From an uncultured delta proteobacterium (GTDB lineage Bacteria > Desulfobacterota > Binatia > Binatales > Binataceae): a DNA stretch of 64,000 nucleotides. A program made the position numbers and the translations under genes. The stretch covers positions 96,001 to 160,000 of the forward strand of contig CAWJET010000001.1 in the NCBI GenBank assembly GCA_963842085.1, written 5' to 3'. The first letter of the stretch is position 1, and the number at the start of each line of letters is the position of its first letter. Under the pieces are notes generated by a model. It was not told where the DNA came from and did no database searches. It was given only the letters and a program-made list of their open reading frames with translations. This document shows positions 1 through 9,857 of this stretch, one piece after another.

Positions 1-292
1 ACAGAAGATAAGCCTGAACGCCGCAAAGACCGCATTCGCGGCGATGGTAAAATCCGGCAAAGGCGCTGACGCGACAGTCGCGGAGCTGGGCTTGGCGCAA
101 GTGTCAGATGAAACCGCGATCGCAGCAACCTGCGACAGGATACTCGCGGCGGAGCCTGAGAAGGTCGCCGAGTACCGCGCAGGTCGCGACAAGCTATTCG
201 GCTTCTTCGTCGGCGCAGTGATGAAAGCAATGGGCGGAAAGGCAAATCCAAAAGTAATCAACGACATCCTGCGCGCGAAGCTTGCAAGCTGA
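1..292 (+). CDS. gatB: Asp/Glu-tRNA amidotransferase subunit B, C-terminal (GatB/YqeY) part; truncated by window edge
   Basis: GLAQVSDE...VAEYRAGRDKLFGFFVGAVMKAMGGKANPK is the typical GatB C-terminus. Confidence 0.9.
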   Translation, partial: QKISLNAAKTAFAAMVKSGKGADATVAELGLAQVSDETAIAATCDRILAAEPEKVAEYRAGRDKLFGFFVGAVMKAMGGKANPKVINDILRAKLAS

Positions 293-322
293 CGATTCAG
301 TTCTGCGACGAAGGCCACTCAA

Positions 323-646
323 TCATCTGGCCGGGCGCGGGAACGATTCGGGCTTCCTGCCAAGCCGCTCGAAAAAAGCTTGAACGAATGCAGCGGCGCG
401 GAGTTGGGGCAGTGTAACCCGCACAACACAGAAATCGGGGTATGTTCTGAGCGCGACCGTCGCCGCTTCTCCGAACAGCCGATCCCGCGTCAGTAGAACG
501 GTAAACTTCGCCTGGGCCGCGGCGCTGACCAGACTGCCATTGCTGAGTGTGTTCCAGCCCCGAGCCACGGCCGAGTCGGCCTCAATGGCCAAGTCTTGGA
601 GCAGCGCAACCAGCTGCACCGGCATGTTTGCATCAAGCAGCCACAT
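323..646 (-). CDS. PIN-like toxin (DUF5615/VapC45-like); 3' end possibly frameshifted (alternative stop at 297)
   Basis: MWLLDANMP...GWNTLSNGSL...VLLTRD PIN-like motifs; overlaps the upstream DUF433 gene. Confidence 0.75.
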   Translation of the reverse strand: MWLLDANMPVQLVALLQDLAIEADSAVARGWNTLSNGSLVSAAAQAKFTVLLTRDRLFGEAATVALRTYPDFCVVRVTLPQLRAAAFVQAFFERLGRKPESFPRPAR

Positions 647-878
647 GCTCGGAATCGAGCAGCTCCGAGGCAACTTTCATAATCTCCGGGATTGCCTCTT
701 GCGGAAACGGGCCGTAGGTCTGCGCGATCTCCTCCTCGCTCATGCCCTCTGCCAGACAGGCAAGCACAAACGAGACCGACAGGCGCGTTCCTCGGACCGC
801 GAGCTTGCCGCCCAGCAGGTCCGCGTCGCGAACGATCCAGTCGTACTTTTTGTAAGCCGCGGGTTTCCAATCACTCAT
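633..878 (-). CDS. DUF433 antitoxin (VapB45-like)
   Basis: IVRDADLLGGKLAVRGTRLSVSFVLACLAEGMSEEEIAQTY, DUF433 signature. Confidence 0.85.
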   Translation of the reverse strand: MSDWKPAAYKKYDWIVRDADLLGGKLAVRGTRLSVSFVLACLAEGMSEEEIAQTYGPFPQEAIPEIMKVASELLDSEHVAA

Positions 879-952
879 GGCTTGTCACCGCGGTTGATTC
901 TACTCCAGCGCCTTTCGAAGAGCGAAGTGGTATCGGCGGCGTCTGAGGCGGG

Positions 953-1366
953 CTACTTCCGAACAAATAGTTTGTAGGTCACGCCGCCGGGGGTTGTCTC
1001 GCCTTCGGCGAAGGCCTGGACGCCGTTCAGCCAGGCGTACTTGCCCTTGGTCGAGGCGGCAAAGACCGGCGCGGTGGCCAGGCCGGTCGGGCCGCTCGGT
1101 CCCATCTTTGCGCGGCCGCTGTAAGTCATGTAGATGGTTTCGCCGTCGTCCGTTTTGAGCGTGAGGCGCACGTCGATGACGCCGACGCCGTCAGAGCGCA
1201 TCAGGAACCAATCGGCGCCGCTGGCAAGCACCGTGCCTCTTATGCGTGGACCTTCGAATTTGCCTCCGCTCACGTGAACGATTACGCGGGTTCCCTCGGG
1301 AGTGTCGGGAATGAGTATTGGCGGAGCGATTTGGGCGGTGATTTCAAAGAGTGGTTCCAGTTCCAT
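953..1366 (-). CDS. DUF3237 family protein
   Basis: GGKFEGPRIRGTVLASGADW...DVRLTLKTDDGETIYMTYSG...KYAWLN; start taken at MELEPLF inside ORF 953..2545. Confidence 0.85.
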   Translation of the reverse strand: MELEPLFEITAQIAPPILIPDTPEGTRVIVHVSGGKFEGPRIRGTVLASGADWFLMRSDGVGVIDVRLTLKTDDGETIYMTYSGRAKMGPSGPTGLATAPVFAASTKGKYAWLNGVQAFAEGETTPGGVTYKLFVRK

Positions 1367-1407
1367 GTTAGGTACCTCGTCGATTGTTAGAGTGTCCTGG
1401 TCGAAGT

Positions 1408-2598
1408 TTATCCCTTGGGGAGACCTAGGGTGCGCTCGCCTATAATGTTGCGTTGGATTTCGCTGGTGCCGCCCGCGATTGTGTATTGGCGCGAGCTCAG
1501 CACGCGGTTGAGCCATCGCGGAGAATCGGCGACCACGCCGGTGGGTTCGCCGACCAGGCCGTAGGCGCCGAGCAGTTCGGTCGAGAAGCGCGCGATGCGC
1601 ACGCCGAGTTCGGAGCCGAACAGTTTCAGCATCGAGCCTTCGGGCCCCGGCGGCAACCCGCGCAGTTGGCGCGTGAGCGAGCGCAGGCGCGTGTAGCGCG
1701 CGGCCTCGCATTCGATGATGAATTGCGCGAGCTGCTGTCGCACCCACTCCTGCTCCCACGCGGGCCTGCCGGCGATGCGGACGATCTTCGCGAGCTCCGC
1801 GAGGCGGCGCACCTGCGAGCCGTGCCCGCCGCCGCCGGCGAACGATCGCTCGTAGCTGAGCGTCGTCATCGCGACTTTCCATCCTTCGTTGAGCGCGCCG
1901 ACCAGGTTTTCCTTCGGCACCTGCACGTTGTCGAAAAAAACTTCGTTGAAATGCGAGTGCCCGTTCATCAGGACCAGCGGCCGCACGGTGATGCCCGGGC
2001 TTTTCATGTCGAGCAGCAGGTAGCTGATGCCGCGATGCTTGGGCGCTTCGGGGTCGGTGCGCGCTAGCATGAACATCCAGTCCGCGTACTGCGCACCCGA
2101 GGTCCAGACTTTCTGGCCGTTGACGAGAAAGTAGTCGCCCATGTCGGCGGCGCGCGTGGACAGGCCGGCGAGATCGGAACCGGCGCCCGGCTCCGAGTAG
2201 CCCTGGCACCAGATGTCGTCGGCGCCGAGGATTCGCGGGAGGAAGCGTTTCTTTTGCACCTCGGTGCCCCAGTTCATTAGCGTGGGACCGCACAGGCCGA
2301 GCCCGAAATATCCGGGCAGCACGGGGGCGCGGGCGCGGGAATATTCCTCGTCCCAGATAATCTGCTCGATGAGGGTGGCGGCGTGGCCGCCGTACTCCCT
2401 GGGCCACGACAGGCCGGCGTAGCCGGCGGTGTGGAGCTTCGCCTGCCACGCGCGGCGGCGTTCGAAGACGTCGCGATTGGGCGCGATGCGTTCGTCCTGG
2501 GCGTCGTCGACGCAGAGATCTTTGGGGAGGTTCGCGTCGAGCCATGCGCGGACTTTATGGCGGAAGGATTCCTGTTCCGCGGTGTACTCGAAATCCAC
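1408..2598 (-). CDS. Acyl-CoA dehydrogenase
   Basis: WCQGYSEPGAGSDLA, NGQKVWTS, FNEVFFD, TIAGGTSEIQRNII. Confidence 0.95.
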   Translation of the reverse strand: MDFEYTAEQESFRHKVRAWLDANLPKDLCVDDAQDERIAPNRDVFERRRAWQAKLHTAGYAGLSWPREYGGHAATLIEQIIWDEEYSRARAPVLPGYFGLGLCGPTLMNWGTEVQKKRFLPRILGADDIWCQGYSEPGAGSDLAGLSTRAADMGDYFLVNGQKVWTSGAQYADWMFMLARTDPEAPKHRGISYLLLDMKSPGITVRPLVLMNGHSHFNEVFFDNVQVPKENLVGALNEGWKVAMTTLSYERSFAGGGGHGSQVRRLAELAKIVRIAGRPAWEQEWVRQQLAQFIIECEAARYTRLRSLTRQLRGLPPGPEGSMLKLFGSELGVRIARFSTELLGAYGLVGEPTGVVADSPRWLNRVLSSRQYTIAGGTSEIQRNIIGERTLGLPKG

Positions 2599-2607
2599 TT
2601 TGATTAC

Positions 2608-3726
2608 TCAGTTAAAGTTGAAGGCTCTGGTTGCGTTGTCCCAGAGGATCTTCTTCTTGCTCGAGTAGGGGATTGATTGTTTGAGCAACGCGTCGATGCC
2701 CCATGGAAAGGTGCCGTCTGGATGTGGATAGTCAGTGTCCCACAGGAAGTTGTTGTCACCTACTATATCAAGCGCGGCTTTCATGGTTGGTTCGTCGCCG
2801 CGGAAGGCTACATAGAAGTTGCTTTTGAAATACTCAGTCGGGCGTTTGGTCAGGTACTCGTGTTCTGAGTTGCCGCTGAAGTTCCAATGCTGTTCCATCC
2901 GTTGCAGCCAGTAAAGAACCCATCCGCCGTCGGCCTCGACCTGGACGACGCGGAGCTTGGGGAATTTCTCGATGACGCCGTACCAGATAAGACCCGCCAT
3001 CGCCGCCATCGCTTCGAAGGGATGGGAGAGGATGTGGCCGGTGACGTGGGTGTCCATCCGATCGCCGAACGACTCGACGGAGGCGGAGCCGGAATCGTGG
3101 GTGGAAATGGGGCGTCCCAATTTTTCGACTTCGGCCCAGAGCGGCAGGTAGTCCTCGTGGAATATCGTTCGGCCGCGGACCGGGTTGGGACGCACGTAAA
3201 AGCTGATGGCGCCATTCTTCGCGGCGCGATTTGCTTCCTTGATCGATTCGCCCACGTCCTGCATGGGTAAAATAGCGGCCCACTTGACGCGGTCCTTCGT
3301 CTTCGAGCAGTAATCAGCGCTCCAATCGTTGTAGGCGCGGCAGCAGGCCGCGAGCAGTTGCGGGTCGCGGAATTCGCGGCCGAGCATCTGGCCGGCCGCC
3401 GTCGGATAGACAATCTGTACGTCGACGCCCTGCTCGTCCATGTCAAGGATGCGGCTTTCAGGGCTGAACCCGAGCTTGGCGGCGCGCTCGAACCGCTTCA
3501 TCGCCTTGCGGACGGCGGCGAGGAAGCCGGGCGCCGCCATCGGGTATTTGCCTTTTTCGCGGGTGAAAGGTTCGCCCTCAACCAGGAACGTGCGGCGGCC
3601 AGACTCGGGCGCGATACCGATTTCGGGCGCAGCGGACTTGTAACGATCGTCGATGTATCGTTCGAATACGTAGTCTGGTTCCATCAAGTGAGTATCTACA
3701 TCGGCAATTTTGAATCCGTCTTTCAT
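2608..3726 (-). CDS. Amidohydrolase_2 family protein
   Basis: DVDTH metal motif, MDEQGVDVQIVYPT, DTDYPHPD. Confidence 0.9.
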   Translation of the reverse strand: MKDGFKIADVDTHLMEPDYVFERYIDDRYKSAAPEIGIAPESGRRTFLVEGEPFTREKGKYPMAAPGFLAAVRKAMKRFERAAKLGFSPESRILDMDEQGVDVQIVYPTAAGQMLGREFRDPQLLAACCRAYNDWSADYCSKTKDRVKWAAILPMQDVGESIKEANRAAKNGAISFYVRPNPVRGRTIFHEDYLPLWAEVEKLGRPISTHDSGSASVESFGDRMDTHVTGHILSHPFEAMAAMAGLIWYGVIEKFPKLRVVQVEADGGWVLYWLQRMEQHWNFSGNSEHEYLTKRPTEYFKSNFYVAFRGDEPTMKAALDIVGDNNFLWDTDYPHPDGTFPWGIDALLKQSIPYSSKKKILWDNATRAFNFN

Positions 3727-3770
3727 GGTATTTCTCCGAATACTACTTCACTTAGCTAACTGCTGGCGCC

Positions 3771-3813
3771 GAATCCGGGATTCTTCGCTCCGCGGACTCC
3801 GCGCAGAATGACA
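3771..3813. repeat. REP-like palindromic repeat, family B (GATTCTTCGCT...CAGAATGACA)
   Basis: Intergenic; related copies at 23915, 24053, 55350, 59565 and 59673. Confidence 0.7.
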
Positions 3814-3851
3814 TAACGATAGTCAGCCGCCGAAATCCTTATACTCATTGA

Positions 3852-4871
3852 CTAGTCGCTTGGGATAATCAGCGCTTTTACTCCGCGGCGCTCGCGCAGC
3901 AGGTCGAAGGCTTCGAGGCCGTGCGAGATGGAATAGCGATGCGTGACCATCGGACGTAAGTCGACGGCGCCGCTGGCGACCATCGCGATTGCGCGGCGCC
4001 AGGTTTCCGGGGTGCGGATGCGGGAGTTGATGATCGTCACACCGTGGAAGAACAGAGCGCGCAACTCGGCGGACTTAAGATCGCGCGCGGGCCACCCGAC
4101 TTCGACCAGCTGACCGCCGCGGCGGAGCAACTCGCGCGGCGAATCGATCGCGCCCGCGGCATCGAACACGACGTCGGCACCCTCGGATGGGAGCATCGCG
4201 CGCGCTTGCTCGATCCAATCGCGATCGCCGACTGAAACGGTGCGAAAGCCCATCTTGCGCGCCAGGGCCAGTCGATCCGCATCCACCGCCAGCCCGGTCA
4301 TTACTATGGAGGTGACGCCGAGGGCGCGCGCGGCGAGAGCGATGCTGAGGCCGATGGGTCCGGGACCCTCGATGACGGCGCTGTCGCCGGCCTTGAGACA
4401 CGACTGTTCGACGGCATGGAGGCCGGTGCCGAAGGGCTCGAGCAGCGCGGCCTGCTCGATGTTCATGGTGGAGGGAACGAGGTGCGCGTTTTCGACGGGC
4501 GCGACGGTGAATTCGGCGAAGGCGCCGGAGAGCGTGGTAGGCGCTGAGCAAAGGTGGAAGCGGCCGGCGCGGCACGGACCGCATCGCCCGCAATGGCCGA
4601 AGGGATCGAGCGCGACTCGGTCGCCCACCTTGAAGTTGGTAACCCGCGCGCCGACCTCGACGACTTCGCCGGCTGGTTCGTGGCCGAGGATGACGGGGAG
4701 GCGCGCGACCATGCGCTCGGCGCCGAGTTCCCAATCGACGATGTGCAGGTCGGAACCGCAAACCCCGCACGCGCCGACGCGAACGAGCAGCGTGGAGTCC
4801 GCGGGCGCCGGCACGGGAGCGTCGATCAGTTCGGCGCCGGGAGCGGGACGGGTCTTTGCGATCGCTTTCAA
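3852..4871 (-). CDS. Zn-dependent alcohol dehydrogenase (threonine dehydrogenase-like MDR)
   Basis: CGVCGSDLH, GHEPAG, CGRCGPC..C, GPGPIG; GGAGG before a TTG start. Confidence 0.9.
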   Translation of the reverse strand: MKAIAKTRPAPGAELIDAPVPAPADSTLLVRVGACGVCGSDLHIVDWELGAERMVARLPVILGHEPAGEVVEVGARVTNFKVGDRVALDPFGHCGRCGPCRAGRFHLCSAPTTLSGAFAEFTVAPVENAHLVPSTMNIEQAALLEPFGTGLHAVEQSCLKAGDSAVIEGPGPIGLSIALAARALGVTSIVMTGLAVDADRLALARKMGFRTVSVGDRDWIEQARAMLPSEGADVVFDAAGAIDSPRELLRRGGQLVEVGWPARDLKSAELRALFFHGVTIINSRIRTPETWRRAIAMVASGAVDLRPMVTHRYSISHGLEAFDLLRERRGVKALIIPSD

Positions 4872-4961
4872 CGCACGCAACCTCCGGGTCTTTCAATACG
4901 ACGGCGCGGTGGTCTGCGTCAAAGAGGAACAGGCGCGAACGAGATCCCCGCGGCGCGAAGG

Positions 4962-6248
4962 TTACTCCCAGTGGCGCAGCGGGGCGCCGCGATAACGCAT
5001 TCGCGGGCGGATGAGGCGGTTGTCGGCGTATTGCTCGAGCGCGTGCGCGATCCATCCCGAGGCGCGACCGATGGCGAAAATTGCGGCGGGCATCGAGCGC
5101 TGAAATCCGAGCATGCGGGCGCATACAGTGAGGTAGAAGTCGAGATTGGGGCGCAGGCGCTCGCGCCTGGAGACGGCGGCTTCGACTTTCAGCGCGGTCT
5201 CGAACAGCCGACGGCCGCGGCGCTTGGCAATCCCCTGCGCGACTTGCCGCAGCAGCGCAGCGCGCGGGTCGCCCTCGGGATAGATGGCGTGACCGAAGCC
5301 GGGCGGCAGCCGATGCTCGCGGGTGAAAGCGGCGAGGCACTCGTCGACGCGCGCGCCGGATTCAAGCTCGGCGAACATCGCCTCGATTCGATCGCACGCG
5401 CCGCCGTGAATGGGTCCGCTCAAGGAGCACAAGGCGGAGAGCACGGAGGCAAAGAGGTCGGCGCCGGTGCTCGCAACGACGCGGGCGGCGAAGGTCGAGG
5501 CGTTGAGCTCGTGCTCGGCGCAGGCGATCAGCACGCGGTCGAGCGCCTCGAGTTCCCAGTCGGCGGCGGTGGAAACGGGCACCCATCCGAGCAGGCGTCC
5601 GGCCATGCCGGGGCCGCCGGGCGCTCCTGGAGCGGGCGGCTGCGCGAGTGCGAGCGGAAGCTGGCTGATGATCAGCTTGGCGCGATCGATTCGAGTGCGC
5701 GGCGGCTGACGGCGATCCCACGCGGCAAGACTGGGCATCACGGCCGCGAGCCGCAGCAGCGGCGGCGCGTCGTCACCGACGGCGGCGAGGGCGTCGGCGA
5801 CCGAAGCGGGCATCTGCGCGCCGTGGATCTCGGCACGCAACGCGGCGATTTCCTCGGCGACGGGGCGCTCGCCGCTCCACAGCAGCAGGCAGACTTCCTC
5901 GAACGAGGCGTGCGCGACAATTTCCTCGATCGGATAGCCGCGATAGGCGAGCTTGCCCTCGTTGATCGAACTGACGGCGGATTCAGCGACGATCACGCCG
6001 GGCGCGCCGTCGTCAATGCTCTTGGGTTGCGCGACGGTGACCCACGTCGATGCGGCGGGCAGGCTGCGGCCGCGGCGTCCGCGTTCGGTGGAAACGACAC
6101 CGCGCAGCGCCTCGATGTCGGCGCGCCGATAGAGCGCCTGGCGGCCGACCTTGCGGCGGTAACTCTTGAGCCAGCCGCGGCTGACGTAGGCGTAGAGGGT
6201 GCCGAGCTTAACCCCGAGCTGATCGGCCGCCTCGTTGGCGGTCATCAT
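4962..6248 (-). CDS. Citrate synthase family protein with N-terminal MerR/excisionase-type HTH
   Basis: TANEAADQLGVKLGTLYAYVSRG HTH; EHELNASTF, HGGA, GFGH and PNLDF citrate synthase motifs. Confidence 0.88.
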   Translation of the reverse strand: MMTANEAADQLGVKLGTLYAYVSRGWLKSYRRKVGRQALYRRADIEALRGVVSTERGRRGRSLPAASTWVTVAQPKSIDDGAPGVIVAESAVSSINEGKLAYRGYPIEEIVAHASFEEVCLLLWSGERPVAEEIAALRAEIHGAQMPASVADALAAVGDDAPPLLRLAAVMPSLAAWDRRQPPRTRIDRAKLIISQLPLALAQPPAPGAPGGPGMAGRLLGWVPVSTAADWELEALDRVLIACAEHELNASTFAARVVASTGADLFASVLSALCSLSGPIHGGACDRIEAMFAELESGARVDECLAAFTREHRLPPGFGHAIYPEGDPRAALLRQVAQGIAKRRGRRLFETALKVEAAVSRRERLRPNLDFYLTVCARMLGFQRSMPAAIFAIGRASGWIAHALEQYADNRLIRPRMRYRGAPLRHWE

Positions 6249-6400
6249 ACCGGCGCGTTCGGAATTGGCACGTTCGGAGTTGCGAGTGGCCACCATCAGA
6301 ATCACGCCATGCGCACGGGGGCGGCGTCAAGCGGCATCGAATCAACTTGCATCAAGATGGAACCAGTTATATACAGTCAAGCTCACGGGAGGAACATCGC

Positions 6401-7195
6401 ATGAGTTCGGCGGAAGTGCGATTCAAGGAGTTGCGCGCGGATTTCGGGAAGACCGCCAGTGACTACGGGCGGCATCGCGCGGGATTCCCCGACGAATTTT
6501 TCGAGCGGCTGGCGGCGTTGGGAATCCTGCAAGCGGGAATGCGCGCGCTCGACCTGGGAACCGGCACCGGGACGATCGCGCGCGGGCTGGCGCTTCGGGG
6601 ATGCAAAGTTACCGGGCTCGATCGATCGGCGCCGCTGATGGAGCAGGCGGCGGAGCTGGATCGCGGTGCGGGCGTCGTCGTGAAGTACGTCCATGCGGCC
6701 GCGGAGGAGACGGGGTTATCGGCGGCGGAGTTCGACCTCGTGACGGCGGGACAATGCTGGCATTGGTTCGATCGCCCGCGCACCGCTGCGGAGGCGCGAC
6801 GAGTGTTGAAGCCTGGTGGGAGACTCGTGATTGCGCATTACGACTGGATTGCGTTGCCCGGCAACATGGTCGAGGCGACGGAGAAGTTGATCGAGCAGCA
6901 TAATCCAAAATGGAAGCTGGGCGGAGGACTGGGAATTTATCCGCTTTGGCCGCGCGACATGGCGCTCGCGGGTTTCAGGAATATCGAAACGTTTTCGTTC
7001 GACCTCGACGCAATCTACACGCACGAGGCGTGGCGCGGGCGGATTCGCGCGAGCGCGGGAGTGGGTGCGAGCTTGGCGCCGGAGGAAGTTGCGGCGTTCG
7101 ACGACGAGTTGCGCGCGATGCTGGCGGAGCGGTGGCCCGAGGATCCGATGCGCGTGATGCATCGCGTGTTCGCGGCAATCGGCGTCGCGCCGTAA
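6401..7195 (+). CDS. Class I SAM-dependent methyltransferase
   Basis: LDLGTGTG, FDLVTAGQCWHWFD, LKPGG; GGGAGG RBS. Confidence 0.9.
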   Translation: MSSAEVRFKELRADFGKTASDYGRHRAGFPDEFFERLAALGILQAGMRALDLGTGTGTIARGLALRGCKVTGLDRSAPLMEQAAELDRGAGVVVKYVHAAAEETGLSAAEFDLVTAGQCWHWFDRPRTAAEARRVLKPGGRLVIAHYDWIALPGNMVEATEKLIEQHNPKWKLGGGLGIYPLWPRDMALAGFRNIETFSFDLDAIYTHEAWRGRIRASAGVGASLAPEEVAAFDDELRAMLAERWPEDPMRVMHRVFAAIGVAP

Positions 7196-7257
7196 CTCGC
7201 TTTGACGGAACACGGTGAAGGTCGGCTATAGTCGCGTCCCAGAGAGAGGGAGCGACC

Positions 7258-8328
7258 ATGGATTTCGGAACACTGATCTTCACCAAGCCGGAGCGCGCGA
7301 TCACCGACGTCAAGTACGCGGAAGAGCGCGGCTTCAGTCACGCGTGGATTCCCGACTCGCACATGATTTGGGGCGACGCTTACGCCTGCATGGCGTTGGC
7401 GGCGGTAAATACGAAGAAGATCAAACTCGGCACGGGCGTGGCGATAGCGTCGAACCGGATCGCGCCGGTGACGGTGCATTCGATCGCAACGATCAACCAG
7501 CTCGCGCCGGGCCGCGTGATCCTGGGCTTCGGCACCGGGCATACGGGGCGACGCGTGATGGGATTGCCGCCGGTCAAGCAGGCGGAGTTCCGCGAGCAGG
7601 TGCGCGTGATTCGCGATCTGCTCCGCGACGGCGAAGCGATTTACAACACCGAAGGTCTCAGCCGGAAAATCAGGTACCTGCATCGCGATCGGCGCTTCAT
7701 CAACCTCGACGACCGGATTCCGCTGTACGTGGCGGCCAATGGTCCCAAGACGCTCGCATTGGCAGGCGAGTTTGGCGACGGCGCGATCACGACGGGAATC
7801 ACGGACGCCGATCGAGTCGGCGCGGTGCGGAAAAGTATCGAGGCGGGCGCGTCGAAGGTGGGTCGTCGCGCGGACAAGATGCCGCTCGTGTCGCTGACGC
7901 ACATTTGCGTGCTGAGGCCGGGCGAGAAACTCGATTCGGCGCGCGTGAAGGCAATGACCGGGCACTGGGTGATGGCGAGTTTCCATGCGATCGCGGCGGG
8001 ATACGCGCGCGCGGGCTACCTGCCGGAGGCGGTCGCGCCGGTGTACCAGGCGTACGAGGAGTACGTCGCGCGGATGAAGACGCCGCCGGCCGAGCGCTAT
8101 CTCGAATTGCACGTCGGGCATTGCACGTATGTCGCGCCGCTCGAGCAGAAGTACGTGACGCCCGAAACGATCGCCGCCACTACGATAGTCGGAACCAGGG
8201 AGGAAGTCGTCGAGCGGCTGCGATCGATGGAGCGCGCGGGTCTGTCGCAGGTGTTCATCAATCCGCCGATGGACGGCTACGATGACTGCATCGACGAAAT
8301 TTCCCGTGACGTGATCGCGCGGATGTGA
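7258..8328 (+). CDS. LLM-class flavin-dependent oxidoreductase
   Basis: AEERGFSHAWIPDSH, IKLGTGV, APGRVILGFGTG, AANGPKTLALAGEFGDG. Confidence 0.9.
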   Translation: MDFGTLIFTKPERAITDVKYAEERGFSHAWIPDSHMIWGDAYACMALAAVNTKKIKLGTGVAIASNRIAPVTVHSIATINQLAPGRVILGFGTGHTGRRVMGLPPVKQAEFREQVRVIRDLLRDGEAIYNTEGLSRKIRYLHRDRRFINLDDRIPLYVAANGPKTLALAGEFGDGAITTGITDADRVGAVRKSIEAGASKVGRRADKMPLVSLTHICVLRPGEKLDSARVKAMTGHWVMASFHAIAAGYARAGYLPEAVAPVYQAYEEYVARMKTPPAERYLELHVGHCTYVAPLEQKYVTPETIAATTIVGTREEVVERLRSMERAGLSQVFINPPMDGYDDCIDEISRDVIARM

Positions 8329-8333
8329 TTGAG

Positions 8334-9857
8334 CTAACTGGGTGCTACTTCGGACAGCTCGATCGAGTCCGCGGCTATAGCGGGGACGTAGTAGGCCTCG
8401 GGCGAGCCCCACACCGTTGCCGGACGCGGGCGCGCTCCGACCGCGAGCGGATGCTCGAAGACCTCCGCGATGTTCGCGTTGATGCGCAAACAGTTGGGGG
8501 CGAGCGGCACTGCGATTTTGCCGTTGCGGACGAGGTAGGAGTCGCCGGTGACGGTGCAGGTGAAATCCCCCGCGCGCTGGCCGTTGATTGGATAGGTGTA
8601 CCAGATGCGCCCGACGTAGATTCCGTCGCCGACGGCGCGCACCAGTTCGGGCTCGGTGACTCCGCCGCGCGCGCGCATAACGACGTTGGTGCCCGCCGAG
8701 CCCGGACTCGCGTCGAAGCGCCGGCCTCCGCCTTCGCCGAGGCGGTAACCGCTCAGCGGAGGGAAGTCAAGCTTGGCGGGAGCGCTAGCGCCGAGCTTCT
8801 CAGCGCGATGCTCGTCGGTGAGCAGGCGGTGGGTATCGTAGAAATTCGAGAGCAGGCCTACGAGCTTGCCGTCGCGGATCAATTCAACGCGGCGCGTCGG
8901 GATTCCTTCGCAGCTGATTCGACGGCGAAGCGCGCCCGCCGCAAAGGCCGGATCGTCGACGAGGCTCAAGCGTGAATCCATCACGGGCGCGCCGAATTTT
9001 GCATGATAGGCGGAACTGGCGGCGTGAAACGCGCCGGCGGTGAGCGAGCCCATCACCATGTAGTTGAGAATCTCGGCAACCGGCTGCGGTCCCAGCACGA
9101 CGCGAAATTTTCCCGACGCGGACCGGGCGCCGTGGGACAGCGCGAGCGCGCGACGAACGGCGTCGCGGCCGATGACGCGAGCGTCGCGGCGCATCGCGGC
9201 AGCGGAATCGCCGAGCGCGCTGGCAGTACCCTTGGCGTCGAGCGATTCGATTATCGACGTGACGGAAGCGTTGAAATGCGCGCTCTCGTCGGTGCGGACT
9301 TCAGCGAAATTCGAATTCAAGACCGCGATTCGATCGCGAATTACCGACACGTCGCCGCCGATGATCAGACCCGGGTGTTCAGTTCGAGAGGCGCCTGAAC
9401 GTTTGCCGAAGGCAGCGAGTGCGCCGTCGAGCACGTCCCACGCGGCGGCAGCGATCGCGCCGTCCCCTACTCTCGCCAGATCGCCGTTTCCAGACGGCGC
9501 AGGGTTGCGATCGAGCGGGACGGCCGGGAAGCCGGGGAAATGCGGATCGACGACGGCGGCGCTGCGAGCGCGGCTGAGCGCCGCGCGTACGGAGCCGGCG
9601 GTGAAATCGCCTGCTTCGGATGCGGCACCGACTTCGTGCGGGTCGCGACACATCGCGATGCGCAACTGGAATCCGTCGGCGTGCAGCGACTTGAATTCCT
9701 CGAGGCCGCGGCTCGGAATGTCAGAAGTATAGTTGAGGCGGGCGATTCGGTGCTCCACCGTGGCGCAGTAAATTTCGTAGCTCGCGAGGTCCTTCTCGTG
9801 CGCGAGAATGCGCGCCGCTTCGCGCGTGAAAGACTTGAGGTCGGCGAGCGGGCGCAT
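8334..9857 (-). CDS. tldE: TldE/PmbA family protein
   Basis: LSLVDDP...EGIPTRRVELIRDGKL, GDFTCTVTG..LVRNGKI; no HExxxH; coupled to tldD; start at MRPLADL. Confidence 0.75.
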   Translation of the reverse strand: MRPLADLKSFTREAARILAHEKDLASYEIYCATVEHRIARLNYTSDIPSRGLEEFKSLHADGFQLRIAMCRDPHEVGAASEAGDFTAGSVRAALSRARSAAVVDPHFPGFPAVPLDRNPAPSGNGDLARVGDGAIAAAAWDVLDGALAAFGKRSGASRTEHPGLIIGGDVSVIRDRIAVLNSNFAEVRTDESAHFNASVTSIIESLDAKGTASALGDSAAAMRRDARVIGRDAVRRALALSHGARSASGKFRVVLGPQPVAEILNYMVMGSLTAGAFHAASSAYHAKFGAPVMDSRLSLVDDPAFAAGALRRRISCEGIPTRRVELIRDGKLVGLLSNFYDTHRLLTDEHRAEKLGASAPAKLDFPPLSGYRLGEGGGRRFDASPGSAGTNVVMRARGGVTEPELVRAVGDGIYVGRIWYTYPINGQRAGDFTCTVTGDSYLVRNGKIAVPLAPNCLRINANIAEVFEHPLAVGARPRPATVWGSPEAYYVPAIAADSIELSEVAPS

